Below, in pieces: positions 1-8,413 of a DNA stretch of 22,237 nucleotides. The notes beneath the pieces are model-generated. The model was not told where the DNA came from, did not search any database, and saw only the letters and a program-made list of their open reading frames with translations. Source of the stretch: Candidatus Sulfobium sp. (GTDB lineage Bacteria > Nitrospirota > Thermodesulfovibrionia > Thermodesulfovibrionales > UBA6898); contig JARRRI010000014.1 in NCBI GenBank assembly GCA_037380845.1, positions 1 through 22,237 on the forward strand, given 5' to 3'. Within the stretch, counting starts at the first letter, position 1, and every line of letters starts with the position of its first letter. The translations under genes and the position numbers were made by a program.

Positions 1-830
1 ATGTCGAGTTCGAAACCGAATATCCCCGAAAAGAGGTCTAGGAAAAATGAAGGAAACTTGAACAGAAAGGGTGGAAAAGGCAGTATCCTGAGTCTTCTGC
101 CCAGGAGTTCGGTAATCGTCGAAATGAAATCGATCCATTTGTGACTGGCCCCGTCGGTGATGTTGAATGTCTGGTTCGCCGCCTCCGCTTTCACGCCCGA
201 AAGGTAGATAGCCCTTGCGAGATCTTTCACGTAAATCAGGGGGGCGAGGTTTCTTGCGTCGCCGGGGAAAGGCAGTCCCACAGGTCCCAGCTTCTTTATG
301 GTTTCCACAACCCGTCCCAGATATCTGGATCCCGGACCGTAAACGGGGGCAGGCCTTATAATGGCGTATTCCGCACCCCCGGAATGATCGATAATATACT
401 TTTCACATTCGCGTTTGCCGTGAGTATAGTGGTCGTCAAGAGCAGTCTCCGGAACGGTCTCTTCGGTTGCCGGCACGGACGAAGGCACACCCGCCACCGT
501 GATGGAGCTGATAAAGACCAGCCGCCTTAAACCTTTGAGTGCAAGGTTGTCCGTTATGCGTTGGACCAGCCTTATGTTCCTGAGCGCCGTGGCCTTTGAG
601 ATGTTCTTTATTTCCCCTATGTGATAAAAGACCTCGACCCCTTCCATCGCCCGGACGACGGACGTGAAATCCTCAAGGTCTCCCTTGAAAACCTCGACCC
701 TCTTCCCGGCCCACCTTTCAGGCATAGAAGGTTTTCGAGAAAATAGCCTGACATCGTGGCCTCCCCCGAGGAGGAGATCCACGACCCCACTGCCGACAAA
801 CCCGGTCCCTCCGGTAACAAGTGCCTTCAT
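1..830 (-). CDS. NAD-dependent epimerase/dehydratase (extended SDR), 3' end runs off the window
   Basis: Not in the ORF track. Manual minus-strand translation from ATG at 830 gives MKALVTGGTGFVGSGVV (GxxGxxG), then LRRLVFISSITVAG, YTHGK (YxxxK), IIRPAPVYGPG and IYVKDLA, open towards position 1. Confidence 0.9.
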   Translation of the reverse strand, partial: MKALVTGGTGFVGSGVVDLLLGGGHDVRLFSRKPSMPERWAGKRVEVFKGDLEDFTSVVRAMEGVEVFYHIGEIKNISKATALRNIRLVQRITDNLALKGLRRLVFISSITVAGVPSSVPATEETVPETALDDHYTHGKRECEKYIIDHSGGAEYAIIRPAPVYGPGSRYLGRVVETIKKLGPVGLPFPGDARNLAPLIYVKDLARAIYLSGVKAEAANQTFNITDGASHKWIDFISTITELLGRRLRILPFPPFLFKFPSFFLDLFSGIFGFELD

Positions 831-1121
831 CCTAACCCGGCAAAGCCGCAACCAAGACGCATCCTGCCGCAAAAACTCAGGGTCCTCCGGGATTCAGTAA
901 ACCGTGCAGCTGCAAAAAGCCCCTCGCAAACCCCGGAAGGGAGGCCGAAAAAGGTCTTGTAGCGACACCTTAAAAACCTATAGAGCGGTCCGCCGGCCAT
1001 TTTTCGGACTTCACCAAACGTCAGGCTGTCATTTATGTGGAAGATAAATGGAATCATGTCGACATTGTAATAATTTTTCGGTGCCCCTTCCAAGCGGTAT
1101 GCGCCGTAAAGGCAGCCCGAC

Positions 1122-1691
1122 CTAATTCCCGGACTTTTCCGGCAGGAGCAGTTTCTTCAGTTCTTCCATCTCCTTGTCGCTCAGGATCATCGTTTCGGGC
1201 CTTCTCTCTCCCTCAAGCGCAGCGACCACTTTCTCAATCTGTGTCCTCCATCCGTAAGTGTCCGCAAAACCCTGCACTTCCGCCTCTGCATGGGTCATCG
1301 CAGTCTTAATGTCGGATGCGCCCTCCTCCTTCCTGCCGATACTGACCTCCGCCAGTCCCCGTGCGAAAATCGCCGCACGGTAATCAGGCTTCAACTCGGT
1401 CGCGCAGTTCATGTCGGCAATGGCCTTCTCATATTCCTCCTTCGCCATATGGGCCGCTCCGCGATAATAATATGCATTCGCCTTCTCCGGGTCGGCCTCG
1501 ATGCCGCGGGTGAAGTCTTCTATCGCTTTATCCGGCTCATTGATCTTCAGATATGCCGCCCCCCGGCTGACATAGGTGATGCCCGGCTCGTAACCGGCAT
1601 CCAGCGCTTCCGTAAATTTGTCCAGGCTCTCCCTGTGTTTGCCTTCTATGAAAAGGCGCTGGGCCTGTTCGAACGATTCTTCGGCTGCCAT
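1122..1691 (-). CDS. Tetratricopeptide repeat protein
   Basis: TPR-like repeats (YVSRGAAYLKINEPDKAIEDFTRGIE, AYYYRGAAHMAKEEYEKAIADMNCATEL). Start moved to MAAEES at 1691 because a GGAGGAGG Shine-Dalgarno lies just upstream. Confidence 0.85.
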   Translation of the reverse strand: MAAEESFEQAQRLFIEGKHRESLDKFTEALDAGYEPGITYVSRGAAYLKINEPDKAIEDFTRGIEADPEKANAYYYRGAAHMAKEEYEKAIADMNCATELKPDYRAAIFARGLAEVSIGRKEEGASDIKTAMTHAEAEVQGFADTYGWRTQIEKVVAALEGERRPETMILSDKEMEELKKLLLPEKSGN

Positions 1692-1856
1692 AATCCTCCT
1701 CCCCGACTTCTGTTTTTTTCTTGTCAATTACACCATATCGCAAAAAATCCGCTCCTGCAATCGCGCAGCCCGGGATTTAAGATGCCATGTCTCACAGGCG
1801 CGTGCGAAAGTGCATGTTTTTGACATGGCCCCCGGACAACATGTAAAAATAAATTA

Positions 1857-1872
1857 TGGCATTGTTTTTGCT
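1857..1872 (+). promoter_or_regulatory. sigma54 (-24/-12) promoter upstream of osmC-like gene and metF
   Basis: TGGCATTGTTTTTGCT has GG-N10-GC spacing and fits TGGCAC-N5-TTGCW, 76 nt before the next start codon. Confidence 0.75.
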
Positions 1873-1948
1873 AAATCGATGGCGGTTAATATCTGGGTTA
1901 AGCAGCTTCTTATCCACAAACAGGCAATATTTTTGAAAGGAGGTTTCA

Positions 1949-2476
1949 TTGAAAAAAGACAATGGAAGGGATTTAAAGGAAATCGTTTCGAGGAGATTGG
2001 ACTGTTTCAGGAGAAGGCCGGAAACGGCTACCTACAGACCGAAGGTCTCATCGAAACATATCGAAAAGCTCTATACCGAGACCACGGTCAGGGACCATCT
2101 GGTAAAAGCGGACTACGCAGAGGCCGCCGGAGGAAGCAACAAGGCGCCCAACCCTATCGAACTTCTTCTTTCAGCATTTGCCGCCTGCATCGAAGCCGCC
2201 TTTTACGAGTTCGCCGTCCATGAGGGGTTCACCATAAATTCTCTCAGCGTCGATGTAGAGGGGACCCTCGACCTGAGGGGCCTCTTCATGATCGACGACA
2301 TCGGAGCGGGATTCAAGGACCTGAAATATACATTCCGCATCGACTCCCCGGATGATAAGAAGAAGGTGAGGGAACTGGCGGAGAAGGTTGTATCACACTG
2401 CCCGGTGGTCGACAGTCTGAAGAACCCTACGGACATTACAGGAGAAATCGTCCTGACCGGAAACAATGAAAATTAG
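1949..2476 (+). CDS. OsmC/Ohr family protein
   Basis: APNPIELLLSAFAAC and HCPVVDSL carry the two OsmC-family cysteines; also GTLDLRG. TTG start with AAAGGAGG SD; overlaps metF by 11 nt. Confidence 0.85.
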   Translation: MKKDNGRDLKEIVSRRLDCFRRRPETATYRPKVSSKHIEKLYTETTVRDHLVKADYAEAAGGSNKAPNPIELLLSAFAACIEAAFYEFAVHEGFTINSLSVDVEGTLDLRGLFMIDDIGAGFKDLKYTFRIDSPDDKKKVRELAEKVVSHCPVVDSLKNPTDITGEIVLTGNNEN

Positions 2477-3332
2477 GGATGTTCTAAAAGAAAGGGACAG
2501 CGGAGTTTCGTTCGAATTCTTCCCGCCCAAATCGGCCGAGGGCCGTTCGAAGTTCATGAAGGTAGTGCACGACATCGAACGCTTCGACCCCCTCTATGTG
2601 TCGGTGACTTACGGGGCCGGCGGCAGCACGAAGGACAGGACGGGCAATACCCTTCGCTGGATACAAGAGGAGACCAGGCTGAACGTCATGTCTCATCTGA
2701 CGTGCCTGGGGGAGAAGAAATCTTCGATAGACGACATCCTGCAGGGCCTGGCAGCCCGCGGGATAGACAATATCCTCGCCCTTCGCGGCGACCCGCCAAG
2801 GAACGTCCCAGACTTCGACGCCTCGACAGGCGAATTCGGATATGCGAAGGATCTGGTGGATTTCATCGTCAAAAAAGGGGATTTTTCGATAGCTGTCGCA
2901 GTCTATCCCGAGGGACATTTCGAGTCCCCCAGCATCGAAAAAGACATGGAATATACCAAACAGAAGATAGATGCGGGGGCCGACTTCGCAATTACGCAGA
3001 TGTTTTTCGATAACCGCTATTTCTATGAGTTCACGGACAGGGTCGAAAAAATCGGCATAAACGTTCCGGTCTTCCCCGGAATCATGCCGGTGACGGACTG
3101 CAGGAAAATTATGGAATTCGCAAATTTTTGCAGCGCTACGGTGCCAAAGAGTGTGCGTGACGCGATGGAACCGTTTCTCGACAAGCCGGCGGAGATGAGA
3201 AAACTGGGCGTCGAACTGGCTATCCGGCAATGCAGGGACCTGATTGAGAACGGGGCAAGGTATCTTCATTTCTACAGCATGAACAGGTCCGACGAGGTAA
3301 CGGCGATCATCGACGCGCTGGATGGTGTGTAA
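2466..3332 (+). CDS. metF: 5,10-methylenetetrahydrofolate reductase
   Basis: SFEFFPPK, SVTYGAGGST, SHLTC, ILALRGDPP, YPEGH, GADFAITQMFFDN, GIMP and LHFYSMN motifs. Confidence 0.95.
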   Translation: MKIRDVLKERDSGVSFEFFPPKSAEGRSKFMKVVHDIERFDPLYVSVTYGAGGSTKDRTGNTLRWIQEETRLNVMSHLTCLGEKKSSIDDILQGLAARGIDNILALRGDPPRNVPDFDASTGEFGYAKDLVDFIVKKGDFSIAVAVYPEGHFESPSIEKDMEYTKQKIDAGADFAITQMFFDNRYFYEFTDRVEKIGINVPVFPGIMPVTDCRKIMEFANFCSATVPKSVRDAMEPFLDKPAEMRKLGVELAIRQCRDLIENGARYLHFYSMNRSDEVTAIIDALDGV

Positions 3333-3359
3333 AAATGCCCCACCCGGTGGGGCATTTTT
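3331..3359. terminator. Probable bidirectional intrinsic terminator after metF
   Basis: Inverted repeat AAAAATGCCCCACC-C-GGTGGGGCATTTTT with 14-bp arms that include A/T tails, overlapping the metF stop codon. Confidence 0.8.
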
Positions 3360-3496
3360 CTACTTCCGACCTTCCTTCCGGACCCCGACAAAAATATTAT
3401 AACCTCGACCTGAGACCGCGGGAAATTACCCCGGCGGACCCGCTCCAGCCCCAAAATAGCGCATTTTTCTCCGGAACTAAACGAGCATCGGCCCGA

Positions 3497-3512
3497 TGGC
3501 ATTGCAATTGCA
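3497..3512 (+). promoter_or_regulatory. sigma54 (-24/-12) promoter upstream of the methyltransferase operon
   Basis: TGGCATTGCAATTGCA has GG-N10-GC spacing and shares TGGCATTG with the 1857 motif. Confidence 0.7.
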
Positions 3513-3524
3513 TATTTATATCAC

Positions 3525-3875
3525 GTGAACAATATTCTCCTTTGCACCCACAATCCGATATCCGTCAAAAACCTTTACGGAATATTGAGGGATGAGGGAT
3601 TTGGGGTAGAGACTGCGGACCATCCCGCGCTGGCTGTCCGCATGGTGCTTGAACAGAGCTACAATGCCGTCATAATCGATTCCCAGCCCTTCGGCCTCTC
3701 CGTGGGAGACGCAGCCAAGATCATAAAGACCGTCTCCCCGGAAACAACGGTCATTTTGGTCGGCTGCAGCGACGATGATCAGGACAGCCCCGGTATAAAT
3801 GTGCCCATGGATCTATCGGAATTGAGAAATCTGGTCCATAATGTTATAAGCGTCCGCAAAATTTCGAAAACTTAA
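3525..3875 (+). CDS. Stand-alone atypical receiver (CheY-like) domain protein
   Basis: Receiver-like pattern ILLC...LRDEGFGVETADHPALAV...YNAVIID...IIKTVSPETTVILV. GTG start. Confidence 0.7.
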   Translation: MNNILLCTHNPISVKNLYGILRDEGFGVETADHPALAVRMVLEQSYNAVIIDSQPFGLSVGDAAKIIKTVSPETTVILVGCSDDDQDSPGINVPMDLSELRNLVHNVISVRKISKT

Positions 3876-3889
3876 GGAGGAGAGAAGAG

Positions 3890-4936
3890 ATGGCTATGAC
3901 ACCGAGAGAAACCATCATGAAGGCGTTCGAGCTGGGCAAGCCCGAAAGGGTTCCGGTGACGCTCTTCGGGGCCGGCATGTGGAGCATCAAGGACTATGGA
4001 ACGTCTTTCGAGGAGCTCGCAAGCGATCCGGCAAAGATGACGGATATGTGCGTGACGGAGGCAGAAAAGATAAGGAGCGACGTCGTCTATGTCGGCTCCG
4101 GTTACAACAACTTTCACGCTTCAGCCCTGGGGAAGGCTTTCGGGGTCGGCATGAAGTACCGCGAGATAGGCGCACCTGACCTCACGGCCCACATCGTCAA
4201 TACCGAGGAAGATATAGACAAGCTCAATATAGCCGACATACACAAGGACCCCGTGATACAGACCGTCGTGGATGCCACCCGCAGGGTCAAGGAAAAGATC
4301 GGGAACAAGTATCTTGTCACCATGACCTGCTGGGGACCTTTCACCCTGGCCGCGCGGTTTGTCGGCGAAGAGGTTTTTATGAAGGCGACATTCAAGAAGC
4401 CCGCCTTCGTCGAAAAGATGATCGACTTCTGCGCCGACCTGCTCATACATCTTTACGAGCCTCTTGTCAGCGACGGGACGCTCGAATGCCTCAGCATCGC
4501 CGACCCCACCGCCTCCGGAGACCTCATCAACCCCAAGCAGATGGAGCGTTTCGCGGTCCCGCCCCTGAAGAAAATGAGCGACTGGGCCAAATCGAAAAAC
4601 GTCCACACCATCCTGCACATATGCGGCAATACGAGCGACCGTCTCGACATGTTCCCGATGACCGGCTGCTCGACCATATTCTTCGATCAGAAGGTGGACA
4701 TAGCCAAGGCTAAGGAGGTGCTCGGCGGAAAGATGTGTTTTGGCGGCAACATCGCCCCGGTCCATGTCCTCCTGAACAAATCTGCGGCCGAGGTAGAGGC
4801 GGCGTGCAGGGAAGTCATAGAAATAGCTGCGAAGGACGGCGGATACATACTGGTGCCTGGCTGCGACATACCGCCGACCATACCTTATGAAAACATAAAG
4901 GTATTTCACGACGTCGCCCTCAACTGGAAATATTAA
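3890..4936 (+). CDS. MtaA/CmuA-family (UroD-fold) methylcobamide:thiol methyltransferase, copy 1
   Basis: MTPRE...PERVPV start, GPFTLAA, IADPTAS, Zn ligands LHICG and PGCDIP, FGGNIAP. AAGGAGG SD. Confidence 0.88.
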   Translation: MAMTPRETIMKAFELGKPERVPVTLFGAGMWSIKDYGTSFEELASDPAKMTDMCVTEAEKIRSDVVYVGSGYNNFHASALGKAFGVGMKYREIGAPDLTAHIVNTEEDIDKLNIADIHKDPVIQTVVDATRRVKEKIGNKYLVTMTCWGPFTLAARFVGEEVFMKATFKKPAFVEKMIDFCADLLIHLYEPLVSDGTLECLSIADPTASGDLINPKQMERFAVPPLKKMSDWAKSKNVHTILHICGNTSDRLDMFPMTGCSTIFFDQKVDIAKAKEVLGGKMCFGGNIAPVHVLLNKSAAEVEAACREVIEIAAKDGGYILVPGCDIPPTIPYENIKVFHDVALNWKY

Positions 4937-5018
4937 TCAACAAACGTGCCTGGTCCCGGACGGGAGGTGAAAAGAAGAAAGGGATTGAGGCGAGACCCCA
5001 GATAAGGGGAGGTGAAAG

Positions 5019-5525
5019 ATGGGAATTCTTGAGAGAATCATGTCGGCCATGAGGCCGGCGAACAAAATCAAGGAGGAAACGAAAATGGCAGAAACTATGA
5101 CCGTTGAACAGGTAAACGAGTACATGAAAGAGAAGTGCGGCTTCGTGCCGAGGATGTTCCAGATAATCAACACGGTCACTCCCGAACCCGGAAGGACGTT
5201 CGCCGATTTCTATGCAAGCATTTTCGGAGACGGGGCGCTTTCAAAAAAGATCAAGGAACTGATGTTCATGTCCGGCGGCGTCGGCTACTGCTCGCCAAGA
5301 TGCATCATTCACGTCATTCCGGCTATCAACGCGGGGGCGACCACCCAGGAAATATTCGAGGCCGCTGCCGTGGGCATGATACTCGCCGGTTTTGTGCCGG
5401 GCGGTCCGGGCATTCCCTATGCATTCGAGTATGCGCTGAAATGCCTCGACATAGAGGCGAAGTACAGAAAAGGGGAGAAATGGGAGTACCTGCCGCAGCC
5501 CAGGTTCGACCACGGCGTATTTTAA
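5019..5525 (+). CDS. Carboxymuconolactone decarboxylase/AhpD-family protein (alternative start at 5085)
   Basis: GALSKKIKELM...CSPRCIIHV..AINAGATTQEIFEA, the CMD/AhpD helix pattern with CxxxC. Confidence 0.8.
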   Translation: MGILERIMSAMRPANKIKEETKMAETMTVEQVNEYMKEKCGFVPRMFQIINTVTPEPGRTFADFYASIFGDGALSKKIKELMFMSGGVGYCSPRCIIHVIPAINAGATTQEIFEAAAVGMILAGFVPGGPGIPYAFEYALKCLDIEAKYRKGEKWEYLPQPRFDHGVF

Positions 5526-5707
5526 ACAAAGGCAATTGGCACGGGGCAAGGGGCGAGAGGGAAGACATAAGGTGAAGCCTTTCTTCAGTCACCTGCCCAC
5601 GGCTTCTTTCCCGCAGTAAAAAAGAGGCAGCGCCTTTTGAGGGAACGCTGCCTGAGCAGATGGTATATATCGGTATATTAACATAATTTCGACCTAAAGG
5701 AGATGTA

Positions 5708-6664
5708 ATGTTCAAGTTTCAGAAAGAACAGAAGGTGTTCAGCTTCGGCGGGATCATGATCGGGGGCCAGCCCGGAGAGAATCCGCCGTTGATGATTTCC
5801 TCGATGTTCCACAATAAAGACAAGATACTTCAGGACAGAAAGGGCAATTTCGACAGGCAGAGGGCAACAGAGATCATCCGGAAGCAGGAGGAGATGACGA
5901 AGGTGACGGGCGTCCCCGGAATGGTCGCCATGGTCGCCAACTCGCCCGACGAGGCGAAGATCTACATTGATTTCTTCCTGGAGACAACGGACATGCCTTT
6001 CGGGATAGACATGTAGGTTGCCGAGCAGAGGGCAAGGGCCACAGAGTATATCTCGAAGCTGGGGGTACAGGACAAGTTTCTGTATAACAGCATTACCCCT
6101 TGGGACAAGGATATAAAAGGGCAGGTCCAGCGACTGAAAGACCTCGGGATCCGGCATGTTGTTATACAGGCATTTGACGACCAGGATCAGAGTCCGGGGG
6201 GCAGGCTGAAATCCCTCGAATCCCTCCTGGACCAGGGCGCCGGCGATTTCGAAACGGTAATCGTCGACACATCCGTGATGAACCTTCCGTCCACTTCCTT
6301 CTCCCTTGTTGCAAACCGGCTGATAAAGGAAAAGCACGGCCTGCCCTGCGGAGGCGCCTACTCCAACGGGACGCACATGTGGAAGGAGATAAAGCCGGTC
6401 TGGGGACTGGACGGCTTCAAGGCGATGGACGCTGTAGTGCAGGGGATGTCCTCGGCACTCTGGAGTGATTACGACTTCTGCGGTCCGGCGGTCACGGCCC
6501 CCAGGGTATTCCCTGCGGTAGCCAGCGCCCACATGCTGCTTTCCACCCTCGTCTACGACGAGACAGGGGTCATCTACGATAACGAGAACCTGCCGATAAG
6601 GAAGCACTTCTCCGAGTTCATCGAGAAACTGAAGGCCGGAGGAGGAAGAAAGAAGAAGAAATAG
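5708..6664 (+). pseudogene. mtrH: MtrH/MtgA-like methylcorrinoid:pterin (THF) methyltransferase interrupted by an in-frame TAG at 6014-6016 (nonsense mutation, sequencing error or readthrough)
   Basis: ORFs 5708-6016 and 6275-6664 share a frame, and 6017-6274 is open (VAEQRARATEYISKLGVQDKFLYNSITPW...). N-terminus MFKFQKEQKVFSFGGIMIGGQPGENPP, plus YNSI, VIVDTSV and GLPCGGAYSN, are typical of MtrH. 318 codons in total. Confidence 0.85.
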
Positions 6665-6703
6665 CACTGAAGATGATAATCAAGATATAAGGAGAAAACA
6701 TTC

Positions 6704-7729
6704 ATGACGTCAAGAGAAAGAGTGATTAAACTGTTCAAGGGAGAACCCATAGACAGGGTGCCCTGTTTCAGCGGCATGGGCAACGTAACCGAGGAGGGCA
6801 TCAAGAAACTGGGATACAGGTTCGCCGATATCCACCTCGATGCCAAGATGATGGCGGATACGGCGGCAACGACTTACAAGCTTTTCGGTTTTGAAAGCGG
6901 TGTCGTGCCGGTCGATCTCTGCGTTGAAGCGGAAGCCCTCGGGTGCGTGATCAACGTGTATCCGCACGCCGAAGGCATCCTCTACCCCACCATCAAGGAA
7001 AAGCTCGTCCACAAGGAGGACGAGATGGACGTGAAAGTCCCCTCGGACCTCGCCAACAGGGGAAGGGTCCCCCTCCTCCGGGAGGCCATTAAACTTCTTA
7101 AGGCCGATATCGGCAGCGAGGTCGCTATAGGCTCTTATGTCCTGGGTCCTTTCACCCTTGCGGGGCAGGTCATGGAGCTGAACGATCTTCTCAAGCTTTC
7201 CTTCAAGAAGGCCGACAAGGTGGCGAAGATGCTGGATGTGATGGCCGACGCCATCATAGCCGTGGCCAAGGAGTACGAAAAAGCGGGCGCGGACTTCATA
7301 ACCGTCCGCGAGATGGGCGCCACCACGGACGTGTTGAGCCCGAGGGTCTTCAAAAGCCTCATTCAGCCCCCTCTCCAGAAGATAATGAAGGAGCTTACCG
7401 CATATTCCGTATTGCATATCTGCGGCAAGACTAATGATATCGTGACCTTCATGATGGAGGCCGGCCCCACCGCAATCAGTGTAGAGCAGAAAAACGATGT
7501 CCCCGAGACGCGGAAAAAGCTCGGTGCGGACGCACTCATCTTCGGTAATTACGACCCCTACAACGTCCTGGTCTCCGGCGACGAGGAACTGGTCAGGACG
7601 ACCATGAGGAAGTGCATAGATGACGGCGTGAGCGCTGTCTGGCCGGGGTGCGATATATGGCCCACTGTGCCGCCCAGGAACATGACGGCAATGATCGACG
7701 AAGTCAATAAACATGGAGGTAAGAAATAA
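6704..7729 (+). CDS. MtaA/CmuA-family (UroD-fold) methyltransferase, copy 2
   Basis: MTSRERV...DRVPC, DLCVEAEALGC, GPFTLAG, LHICG, GNYDP and PGCDIW motifs. Confidence 0.88.
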   Translation: MTSRERVIKLFKGEPIDRVPCFSGMGNVTEEGIKKLGYRFADIHLDAKMMADTAATTYKLFGFESGVVPVDLCVEAEALGCVINVYPHAEGILYPTIKEKLVHKEDEMDVKVPSDLANRGRVPLLREAIKLLKADIGSEVAIGSYVLGPFTLAGQVMELNDLLKLSFKKADKVAKMLDVMADAIIAVAKEYEKAGADFITVREMGATTDVLSPRVFKSLIQPPLQKIMKELTAYSVLHICGKTNDIVTFMMEAGPTAISVEQKNDVPETRKKLGADALIFGNYDPYNVLVSGDEELVRTTMRKCIDDGVSAVWPGCDIWPTVPPRNMTAMIDEVNKHGGKK

Positions 7730-8412
7730 TGGTAGACGAAACCAAAAAGAAAGAAATACTCGAAAAACTGAAGAACGGAGTTATCCAGTACGATGAGGAT
7801 GCCTGCCGAGAGGGCGCGCAGGAGGCCGTGGACCTGGGAATGGACGCCAATGAAGCCATATTCGAAGGCCTGGTGGCGGGTATGGAGGAAGTCGGGAGAC
7901 TCTTTGAGGCTCAGGAGTATTTCGTCCCCGAAATACTGATGTGCGCCGACGCCCTTTATGCCGGACTGGACATATTGAAACCCCATTGCCAGCAGATGGA
8001 CCTCGGCATAAAAGGTTCCGTCGTGATTGGTACGGTCGAGGGAGATGTCCACGATATTGGAAAGAACCTTGTGAAGATGATGTTCGATGTCGCCGGATTC
8101 ACGGTCTACGACCTTGGAAGGGACGTTCCACTCGACAAGTTTGTCGAGGAGCAGCTGAGGACCGATTCCGACCTCGTCTGTCTGTCCGCGATGATGACGA
8201 CGTCCATGGTCGGCATGCCCAAGGTCATAGAGAAGATCAAGGAAAAGAACCCTGAATGCCTTATCATGATCGGCGGGGCGCCTACGTCCAAGGAGCTTGC
8301 CGACAAGTGGGGCGCGGACGGGTATGCCCAGGATGCCAGCAACGCCCTTAAAGAGGCGATCAAGATGGTGGCCTTCCTCAGGAAACTCAGAGAGGAAAAG
8401 CTTAAAAAGTAG
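7729..8412 (+). CDS. Methyltransferase corrinoid (B12-binding) protein, MtaC/MttC type
   Basis: Cap domain GMEEVGRLFEAQEYFVPEI, B12 motif GDVHDIGKNLV (DxHxxG), LSAMMTT, IMIGGAP, GADGY. TAATG coupling to the upstream gene. Confidence 0.93.
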   Translation: MVDETKKKEILEKLKNGVIQYDEDACREGAQEAVDLGMDANEAIFEGLVAGMEEVGRLFEAQEYFVPEILMCADALYAGLDILKPHCQQMDLGIKGSVVIGTVEGDVHDIGKNLVKMMFDVAGFTVYDLGRDVPLDKFVEEQLRTDSDLVCLSAMMTTSMVGMPKVIEKIKEKNPECLIMIGGAPTSKELADKWGADGYAQDASNALKEAIKMVAFLRKLREEKLKK

Positions 8413-8413
8413 A

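Noticed and set aside
141..530. + strand ORF of 129 aa
   Set aside because: Shadow of the minus-strand epimerase gene, which the ORF track missed because it runs off the window.
827..1093. 88-aa minus-strand ORF overlapping the epimerase start (ATGA)
   Set aside because: No recognisable motif or convincing SD; probably promoter region, though a small protein cannot be excluded.
5537..5552. TGGCACG as another sigma54 site
   Set aside because: No GC at the required 10-nt spacing (reads GG-N10-GG).
5526..5707. Cobalamin, SAM or THF riboswitch in intergenic regions (also 3333-3524 and 9083-9393)
   Set aside because: No recognisable aptamer consensus by eye; only a modest hairpin AGGCAGCG...CGCTGCCT at 5625-5653. 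An Rfam scan would settle it.
3890..7729. Uroporphyrinogen decarboxylase (hemE) call for the two UroD-fold genes
   Set aside because: They lack the RQAGR motif, carry HxC...C zinc ligands and sit beside corrinoid genes.
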